DNA from: a bacterium
GTDB lineage: Bacteria; Patescibacteriota; Microgenomatia; UBA1400; PJMF01
DNA length: 64,000 bases
Direction of reading: 5' to 3'
Assembly (NCBI GenBank): GCA_017431625.1
Contig: JAFRKQ010000009.1
Coordinates: 11,874-75,873, forward strand
The notes below the pieces were generated by a model. That model was given only the letters and a program-made list of their open reading frames with translations. It searched no databases and had not been told where the DNA came from. Shown in pieces: positions 57,820-64,000 of the stretch. Position 1 is the first letter of the stretch. The number at the start of each line of letters is the position of its first letter. A program made the position numbers and the translations under genes.

Positions 57820-58110
57820 CAAACGCGGGGTACGTGCGGTTTCATCCCCGGGTCTTTAACACACGCAGCGTGCGTTTGCTCAAGGGTTGAATCGCCTCAC
57901 TCACACGGATTGACAATCTAAGCGCTTTGGGCTTGTGACTTTATAGTTTCGCCGCCACTCAAGCCTTCTATATTAATACCGATTTTTAACGTGGGGTCTG
58001 TATCCACGGTGTCTGGCCGCTCAAGCGCGGTGTCGCAGACACAGACTGATCACTCGCGAATGCGTCCGGCAGTTAGCACGAGTTCAGCCTCCAATCAGGA
58101 AATTGCTGAC
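57820..58110. ncRNA. candidate structured non-coding RNA (identity unresolved: tmRNA, RNase P RNA or SRP RNA are candidates) in a GC-rich convergent intergenic gap
   Basis: About 300 bp with no credible ORF, markedly GC-rich, many local stems (acgca-gcg-tgcgt; gtgtctg...cagacac; ccgc-tcaag-cgcgg); the 5' segment GGGGTACGTGCGGTTTCATC loosely resembles the tmRNA 5' consensus GGGGnnnnnnGGnTTCGAC, but the 3' tRNA-like end was not found. Confidence 0.25.
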
Positions 58111-58113
58111 AGT

Positions 58114-59442
58114 TTACGGGAAAAAGTAGACATTGCGAGTGCCAGCTGCGACCAGCGTATTCCCCATCGCGTCTTGTTGCAAAGCGATCCATCGGCCATC
58201 TTTGTTTTTAGCCTTGACGGTAATTCCTTTGCCCACCACCATATCTTGTTCTAGCTGAGCATAGACAGTGCAATGCTCATTTTGCTTGACGATTTTACCC
58301 AGATCGTTATTCAAATGATATTGCGAGTTGACGAAAGTGGGTTTGGTGGTGACTGGAACTGGGGTGGCCACTGGTTCAGGAATGGCGGCTACAGCGGGAG
58401 TGGGAGTGGAAGTGGGCGCTGCCGCATAATATATTCCCTGATGGGTGTTGCTAAAATCGGTGATGACGAAATCGTCAGCCAAGAAAGCAATTTTGGCCAT
58501 TGATCCCTTTTTGACCGTCTCACCAGGGCGGCACAGCCTTTCGCGCAATTTGCTATCGTAGACCGTGACTGACATATCGCCGGAAACAACAAAATCCCGT
58601 TCGACGTTGTAAGTCATAAACTCGATCAGACTGATGCTGTTGCGGATAAATTCTGTACCAATCAGACACAGGTCCAGCTCGTCTTTGATCCAACCGCTAT
58701 CAACTACTTTGACACGGCAGTCAGCCAAACGCTCGAACTGAATCATAAACTGAGAGTTGCACAACACCACCGAGCGATCCGCTGAGGTAAATACCGGTGC
58801 GGGAGCGACTGGAGCCATTTTTTTCTTGAGGAAAAACTTGTACTCTCTACCTTTTTGCAGGCGGGTACCGGCCTCAAGAGTCTGGCCAGTCGTCCGATCA
58901 ATGACCGTCAGCTGTGTGTTGTCAAAACTGTATGCCTTATTGACCTGACCGATCCAGCACTGATGCTCGGCTACATAGCGCCAACCACGCCCAAAAACTT
59001 TCTCTGGCTGGAAACTGGCTGTAAGCAGATTTTTCTCGGTCTGCTGGGTTGCAGATGTGGCCTTTGGACTGGTAGCTGGTGTCGTCACTTCAGGGCGGGC
59101 GCGACCATTAAAATTGATCACGACTTTGGTTCCCTTCTTGACAACATCACCGGTCTCCAAGCGTATGCCTTCTGTTTGACCCCTTTTGAAAGCCAGCAGC
59201 GTAATGCCATCAGCTATCTGAACTTTCAGCTTGAGATAACCTGATAAACTCCCGTCAGGCAGGGACTCCAAGCTATTGAGAATTTTGGAGTAGTCTGTCT
59301 GAGCATTGATAACCACTATCTGTTCTTTTTTGGTGGCTTTGGGAGTCTTTTTGGCGCGTTTAGCGGCCCAAGCTTCCTGATTCCCCATACCAACGAGCGC
59401 AATGATGATAATTATAATGATTGTATTAATAGTTTTCTTCAT
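58114..59442 (-). CDS. secreted hypothetical protein (paralog of 50010-51401)
   Basis: Start MKKTINTIIIIIIIALVGMG after RBS GGAG; about 210-nt 5' leader downstream of consensus promoter 59660-59688. Confidence 0.6.
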   Translation of the reverse strand: MKKTINTIIIIIIIALVGMGNQEAWAAKRAKKTPKATKKEQIVVINAQTDYSKILNSLESLPDGSLSGYLKLKVQIADGITLLAFKRGQTEGIRLETGDVVKKGTKVVINFNGRARPEVTTPATSPKATSATQQTEKNLLTASFQPEKVFGRGWRYVAEHQCWIGQVNKAYSFDNTQLTVIDRTTGQTLEAGTRLQKGREYKFFLKKKMAPVAPAPVFTSADRSVVLCNSQFMIQFERLADCRVKVVDSGWIKDELDLCLIGTEFIRNSISLIEFMTYNVERDFVVSGDMSVTVYDSKLRERLCRPGETVKKGSMAKIAFLADDFVITDFSNTHQGIYYAAAPTSTPTPAVAAIPEPVATPVPVTTKPTFVNSQYHLNNDLGKIVKQNEHCTVYAQLEQDMVVGKGITVKAKNKDGRWIALQQDAMGNTLVAAGTRNVYFFP

Positions 59443-59659
59443 GATAATCTTCTCCTTTTTGGGTTGTGAGTTTATAGTGGACACGCTAGCGTAATTGCCG
59501 GCGCGATTGAACCATAATCATTACCGTCGCGCGCACGCTTCGGTGGGGTAAATCGGTGCTCTTAGATGATTTCACTTTATCTTAAAGAGCTGCCTTCAAG
59601 CACACCGCCGATCACAACCCGATGGTTGTTGGCAGGTTATGCTTGTGTTAGCTACGGTT

Positions 59660-59688
59660 ATTATATCATATTATAGGCTTTTTGTCAA
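59660..59688 (-). promoter_or_regulatory. consensus sigma70 promoter TTGACA, 17 bp, TATAAT (copy 2)
   Basis: Identical to 51609-51637. Confidence 0.7.
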
Positions 59689-60049
59689 GAGGCAGTTTTC
59701 TCTGGACAGACGATCAATAAAGTTGTCAAATATTTGGACTTTTTATAAATATAGGATAATAATAAGTGGTCGGACTCAAGTGACCACCCTAGCATAAGAT
59801 AAAATTTACTCAAAAACAGGTTTTTTACTGATTTTTATCATTCTTTTTCTTTATTCAAAATCTTTTTTCAGGCTAAATTACCCCCTTGACAAAATGGCCC
59901 ATATGTGTTATAATAAGTTATCTTTAATACCTTAAGTCACCACTCAGGATCACTTGCGATCTCTAGTGGGGGCTAGGGATACAAGACGATCTTTGACAAG
60001 TTGAAGTAAGGGAAAAAGAAATTTTGCCCACCGAAAGGGGATCAAATCC

Positions 60050-61504
60050 ATGAAAAACATGGTCAAAATCGCACTCGTACTCACAGCAATCGTCGCACTC
60101 GCAACAGTCGCCCAGGCAGGAGAAGTCAAGCTCGACAAATACACGACGAGCAAGCTCATTAATGAGGTCTTGTCATCGACAGCCTACATTGATCTTCTCC
60201 CAGGTTTTGGCAATTCCTTCGTTTCCGGAGATCGACTTTTCCAGAGAGTCTCAGCGCCAGCTCAAACATACAATGTGGGCAACAGGCACGAGCTCTACCT
60301 CTCAGACAAACAGGGATATACCTTCGACTGTCGTCCTGGCGAAAGAATTACCAAAGGCATCCGCGATTTGAGTGACAACGCCTACGGTGAGTCCTGGTAC
60401 GTTGCTATTCCGCTCAAGGCAAACGCCAAGGATATGCGCAGCGTCATCAGCGAGACGAGCCTGAAAAACATCGGCGTGCGTTTGGACCTTAACGTCTATG
60501 CGTACACGTCTGTTACAGCAAACCCGATCGTCATGATTCTCACGCGCCCGGTAATCGTCAGAGACAATTGGCTGGCCTGCAAGCTTTGCTACAATGGCTG
60601 GCAGTATTATTGCAACGACGGATATGCTTACGAATACGGCGAAGTCATACCCGCGGGAACAGTAGTAGTCTTCGTGGCTACCGGCCAGCCCGCTATGCGC
60701 AAAAGCGTCTCCTACAAGCAACTATCACGCTACGGCACATTTCCATACTACCAGGAAGTAGATGCATGGAATGTGTTTGTCGCTGATGCTAACATTGTCG
60801 TCAAACCGGATGTCCTCGCTGCCGTCAAGCCTGATTATAGCAATGATGACGGTTGGTATCCGGTCGAGACGATAATGAAAGGAGACCACGTTTATGTGGC
60901 CAAAAAGGCAATCGTGGAAAACAGGAATGGGAAAATTAAAACCGCCGAGCAACTGCGACATTTAGGTCTAAAATCTAGCCTCATTTCGACTAGCCCGGAC
61001 GGCACCCAGACAGTCAACATTGACCTGTGGACGCCTCGTTTCAGGCTCTCAAAAGGCATGACTTACTCTGCCGCTGATTCAGCCTTCCGTTATCCTCAGT
61101 ACGCTGAACATCTCGACAAGGTAATTCAATCGGGCAATTGGCTCAAAACCACCGACGGCAGTCCCCTGGGCCATATTTCCATTATCGTCAACGCCAGCAA
61201 AAAGACCAGCGAAGCTGCAATCGCGGCCGCGGGTTTGGACACTGACGAAGGTGATTGGCGCGATGGTCTGACTGATGCCGAGATTGCCGAAATCGAGGCA
61301 GAACAGATTATAAGCGCTATGGACACGGTGGACACGACAGATGAAGATGTAGACGACAAGGAAGAGGCAGACACCGACATGAGCGATGCGGACGACGACG
61401 AAGAAACCGGCGCTCTCGGTGACAATGCTGGTGGCTGCAATGCTGCCAATCACGGTCTGATGTTGCTCGTCACGTTACTCGGATTTGTCGTAGTAAAACG
61501 TTAA
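60050..61504 (+). CDS. secreted hypothetical protein with acidic C-terminal region and a GGC + TM + basic tail
   Basis: Signal peptide MKNMVKIALVLTAIVALATVAQA; C-terminus ...DDDEETGALGDNAGGCNAANHGLMLLVTLLGFVVVKR; promoter TTGACA...TGTTATAAT at 59887-59916; hairpin ggtcacttg-ccccca-caagtgac at about 61520-61545. Confidence 0.6.
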   Translation: MKNMVKIALVLTAIVALATVAQAGEVKLDKYTTSKLINEVLSSTAYIDLLPGFGNSFVSGDRLFQRVSAPAQTYNVGNRHELYLSDKQGYTFDCRPGERITKGIRDLSDNAYGESWYVAIPLKANAKDMRSVISETSLKNIGVRLDLNVYAYTSVTANPIVMILTRPVIVRDNWLACKLCYNGWQYYCNDGYAYEYGEVIPAGTVVVFVATGQPAMRKSVSYKQLSRYGTFPYYQEVDAWNVFVADANIVVKPDVLAAVKPDYSNDDGWYPVETIMKGDHVYVAKKAIVENRNGKIKTAEQLRHLGLKSSLISTSPDGTQTVNIDLWTPRFRLSKGMTYSAADSAFRYPQYAEHLDKVIQSGNWLKTTDGSPLGHISIIVNASKKTSEAAIAAAGLDTDEGDWRDGLTDAEIAEIEAEQIISAMDTVDTTDEDVDDKEEADTDMSDADDDEETGALGDNAGGCNAANHGLMLLVTLLGFVVVKR

Positions 61505-61699
61505 CCCAAAACCTTCTGGTCACTTGCCCCCACAAGTGACTCCACTTCAACTATCATCAAGATCAAAATTGCCTCCGGCCAAAAACCGGGGGCTAATTAA
61601 ATGGTCAAACATCAAAAGACATCAAAATCATCACTAGCAATATGACTCTCATTCTCAAAGTGAGAATTTGGTATACAAGGATCTCTAGTAAATTTGCTA

Positions 61700-61792
61700 A
61701 AATTTACACAGTTTTGCAAGGTTTTTGGTAAAGATTTTACACACTTTTGCAGAGTTTTTGGGGTTAATTTTACACAGTTTTGCAAACTGCGG
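61700..61792. repeat. three tandem ~34-bp direct repeats (ATTTTACACAsTTTTGCArrGTTTTTGG)
   Basis: Seen directly; the overlapping ORFs on both strands (61612-61812, 61694-61876) only reflect the repeat periodicity. Confidence 0.7.
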
Positions 61793-61878
61793 ATAGCCAG
61801 CTTAATCCACAAAGTTAATGCTCCTCACACTTGCGTGCAAGGAGCAAAAAATGAGACTGACAGGCGTTTTGAATGATT

Positions 61879-62262
61879 TTATCTGAAAAAACTCAGCAGA
61901 ATGTTGTCGACGTCATCGAGATCAGGCGGTAGCTCCAGACCATCGGGAGTTGTGAAAGACCCCTTGAGTCTTTTGATTTCGTCTTTGAGCGACTCCACCA
62001 TTTCCTCAAGCAGGTCGTTGATTTGTTTGTAGCTTTCGATCTGGTCTTGATAAAGTTCATTAAGCGTTTCGGTCACTTTCAGGTTGACTTTGTAAATCTC
62101 AAGCGTGTCCTCAAGTCGTTTGATTTCGCGGCGTGCCTGCTCAAGCTCCTGGCGCAACTGATCAATTGTCTGTTGATCGCCCGCGGTGGCCTCCGCCTGA
62201 CCCTGACCAACAAAGCCCATAAGTACAACTACAAGTGCTGCTATCAATGCGATTCTTTTCAT
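61879..62262 (-). CDS. secreted coiled-coil protein
   Basis: Signal peptide MKRIALIAALVVVLMGFVGQGQA then heptad-rich QLRQELEQARREIKRLEDTLEIYKVNLKV...; driven by promoter copy 3. Confidence 0.55.
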   Translation of the reverse strand: MKRIALIAALVVVLMGFVGQGQAEATAGDQQTIDQLRQELEQARREIKRLEDTLEIYKVNLKVTETLNELYQDQIESYKQINDLLEEMVESLKDEIKRLKGSFTTPDGLELPPDLDDVDNILLSFFR

Positions 62263-62319
62263 GATTTTACCTCCATGTGATGTATTTTTCGCCTGTCAAA
62301 GATCTCATTTGATGAGTTT

Positions 62320-62348
62320 ATTATATCATATTATAGGGTTTTTGTCAA
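62320..62348 (-). promoter_or_regulatory. consensus sigma70 promoter TTGACA, 17 bp, TATAAT (copy 3)
   Basis: Identical core to 51609-51637. Confidence 0.7.
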
Positions 62349-62411
62349 GAGGCAATTTTTGGGTTTTTAATCCTTGGCAAAATCTGGTATAATAATGACG
62401 TTTGGAGAGGA

Positions 62412-63110
62412 ATGATGAAATTAACCAATAAATCTCGCCCTGTCACCACTCTTTTTATGTTAATGTCTGTTGACGGGAAAATCAGCACGGGCAGCAATGA
62501 TACGCTTGATTTTGACGCCGATTTGCCCAAAATTCCTGGAGTCAGAGAAGGTTTGCCTCAATATTACGAAATTGAACAAACCACGGATTTATGGTCGTGT
62601 TGTTCTGGCCGCGTTCAGGCGAAAATGGGCGTGAATCATAAGCCATTTCCCAACAAAAGTGAGGTGAGTTTTGTTTTAATTGACGATGATCAGCTAACTG
62701 CGCACGGCGTTGAATATTTTTGTCATTTAAGTGCGACGCTCGTGATCGTCACCAATAATTTGCAGCATCCAGCTTATTCAATTAAGGCTGATAATTTGCA
62801 TATTCTTTATCACCAACCGCTGGATTTGGCTGCGACATTGGACGAACTTAAAAGCAAATTTCACTGTCAGCGACTCACGATCCAAACCGGTGGTACACTC
62901 AATAGTATTTTTTTGCGTGAAAAGTTGATTGATTATTTGGACATCGTGGTGGCGCCAATTTTGGTTGGCGGGCAAAACGTCAGCACCTTAATTGATGGTC
63001 AAGGCATTACTAATCCGGATCAATTAAATCAATTGGGGGTGGTGCGATTAATTAGTGCCGAAACGCTCGCCAACTCATACTTGCGCTTGCGCTATCAAAC
63101 TGTGAGTTGA
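62412..63110 (+). CDS. RibD C-terminal domain reductase (dihydrofolate-reductase-like fold)
   Basis: LFMLMSVDGKISTGS...IQTGGTLNSIFLREKLIDYLDIVVAPILVGG matches the RibD_C/DHFR-like pattern (SlDGkIa ... GGg.L..sfl...LvDEl.l...P...G). Confidence 0.7.
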   Translation: MMKLTNKSRPVTTLFMLMSVDGKISTGSNDTLDFDADLPKIPGVREGLPQYYEIEQTTDLWSCCSGRVQAKMGVNHKPFPNKSEVSFVLIDDDQLTAHGVEYFCHLSATLVIVTNNLQHPAYSIKADNLHILYHQPLDLAATLDELKSKFHCQRLTIQTGGTLNSIFLREKLIDYLDIVVAPILVGGQNVSTLIDGQGITNPDQLNQLGVVRLISAETLANSYLRLRYQTVS

Positions 63111-63128
63111 TAAAGACAAAGGAAAATT

Positions 63129-63159
63129 CTTTGCCCGCGCTCCAAGAGCGCGGGCAAAG
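63129..63159. promoter_or_regulatory. perfect palindrome ctttgcccgcgctc-caa-gagcgcgggcaaag (third copy)
   Basis: See 26841-26871; again about 35 bp 3' of a Gly-rich family gene. Confidence 0.6.
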
Positions 63160-63194
63160 ACGAAACGAAATAAGAAACTTACCAGACTGCAAAC

Positions 63195-64000
63195 TTAAAT
63201 GCCCAGATAAACAGACAGCTGAGTAATCCGGGCGGCACCATTTCCGGTATGACCAACACCAGCATCATAATAGCTACCGACACTGGTGGGATCGGGCATG
63301 GGGGTCAAGTCGCCTTTGGTATTGGTCCAGGAGTAGCCAGCACCATCAATCATGACAGTATGGGTAAATGAGTAACCTGTGGGTGAGAGTGAACAATTTC
63401 TATCACTAGTACCGGTAGTACAACCGTCTTTGGGAGTCGTATCCGTGAGGCTGGTGACCGCCACGCAACCGGTATGGCCAGAGATGTAAGAAGAGCCGCC
63501 GGCAGCACGACCAGAATGGTCATTTTTATACTCATTTGTCCCGCCGTACCAACCACCGCCGCCGCCAGCCATCGCGTGCGCTCCATATCTATAAAATACA
63601 CCGTCTTTACCCAGCCCAAAATCATTCCCTGTGGTTTGATTAACAACAGGTGTATATAAATAATTCCAATGTCCAATATCGCCACTGATGGATAAACCAC
63701 CAGCATGCAATGCTTGTGTATTATTTGGATATGAGTTGCTCACATGTCCTCCACCTCCCCCAGCGGCAACCATCAATCGGCCCCTCAAGCTATTAGTCTC
63801 GGAAAAGTCACCATTTATTGTTCTTATATCAGTAGCGCCACCACCTGCACCGCCAGCATCATCATTGTCGTGATCATTTTGACCCAATCCGCCACCATTC
63901 CAACCGCCATCAACATTAACATTAAATGTAATTTGATCTGTTCCCTGCTCTCCCACATAGACATAATACTTTTGATTGGCTACTAGATGCACATTTCCAG
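63195..64000 (-). CDS. Gly-rich repeat secreted protein, C-terminal part (paralog of the C-terminus of 26910-28865); N-terminal part beyond window end
   Basis: ...GGGGGWYGGTNEYKND...GNGAARITQLSVYLGI parallels ...GGGGYYGGSASTNS...GHGFARITKL; shares the conserved 3' module. Confidence 0.6.
   Translation of the reverse strand, partial: GNVHLVANQKYYVYVGEQGTDQITFNVNVDGGWNGGGLGQNDHDNDDAGGAGGGATDIRTINGDFSETNSLRGRLMVAAGGGGGHVSNSYPNNTQALHAGGLSISGDIGHWNYLYTPVVNQTTGNDFGLGKDGVFYRYGAHAMAGGGGGWYGGTNEYKNDHSGRAAGGSSYISGHTGCVAVTSLTDTTPKDGCTTGTSDRNCSLSPTGYSFTHTVMIDGAGYSWTNTKGDLTPMPDPTSVGSYYDAGVGHTGNGAARITQLSVYLGI

Noticed and set aside
57820-58110. Confident naming of the GC-rich region as tmRNA
   Set aside because: Only the 5' GGGG...TTCxxC segment is reminiscent; no tRNA-like T-arm/ACCA 3' end or tag ORF ending in a stop was found, so the identity is left open.
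61612-61876. ORFs 61612-61812 (-) and 61694-61876 (+)
   Set aside because: Their periodic peptide sequences (LQNCVK..., FTQFCK...) merely translate the tandem DNA repeats.

Overview
This 64-kb window is AT-rich, has many TGnTATAAT extended -10 promoters, and uses the standard genetic code (TGA is used as a stop). The organism is probably a small-genome low-GC bacterium of the CPR/Saccharibacteria or Firmicutes type; this is a guess.

Recognisable core genes sit at both ends:
- At the start are mscL, tRNA-Asn and tRNA-Trp.
- Towards the end are a CAT-family acetyltransferase next to tRNA-His, epmA, typA, rpsU, rny, secG, a family-5 ABC substrate-binding protein and a RibD_C reductase.

Between roughly 16.9 and 34.5 kb lies a cassette-like accessory array, with one relic at 46.35 kb beside tRNA-His. 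Eleven copies of a conserved ~90-bp intergenic repeat, all in the same orientation, punctuate it. Each copy carries 2-3 tandem GTGTTAAACGC units and GACAAAAT flanks, and some copies sit in a larger MITE-like element with nested inverted repeats. Genes between the repeats include:
- a Fic/RhuM protein and a vapBC pair;
- a cyclophilin-like protein with an alpha/beta hydrolase;
- a histidine phosphatase and a GT-C glycosyltransferase;
- a secreted Fibrobacter-paralogous-domain protein with a glycine-rich tail;
- an AAA ATPase flanked by palindrome-containing direct repeats;
- a YhcG-like PD-(D/E)XK protein and an AlkD-like protein.

No integrase is visible in the window.

Other notable content:
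- Three large contiguous cytoplasmic hypothetical genes (622, 1188 and 694 aa); the 694-aa one ends in a transglutaminase-like Cys-His-Asp core. A 130-bp near-identical direct repeat, each copy carrying a perfect Fur-box palindrome, lies upstream of the 622-aa and 1188-aa genes; a Fur-box doublet is also present at 8.2 kb.
- A family of Fibrobacter-paralogous-domain/glycine-rich secreted proteins (one intact, one partial, two decayed fragments), each followed by a conserved perfect 14-bp-arm palindrome.
- A thrice-repeated ~170-bp module (small ORF plus promoter) in front of a two-domain hypothetical gene and two YhcG paralogs, one of them frameshifted.
- A frameshifted GmrSD-like DUF262/DUF1524 gene.
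- Three copies of an identical consensus sigma70 promoter driving secreted paralogs.
- A GC-rich 300-bp convergent gap (57.8-58.1 kb) that probably encodes a structured ncRNA.
- Two secreted proteins sharing a GGC + transmembrane + basic C-terminal tail.

All calls come from reading the sequence and ORF translations by eye. No database searches were run.
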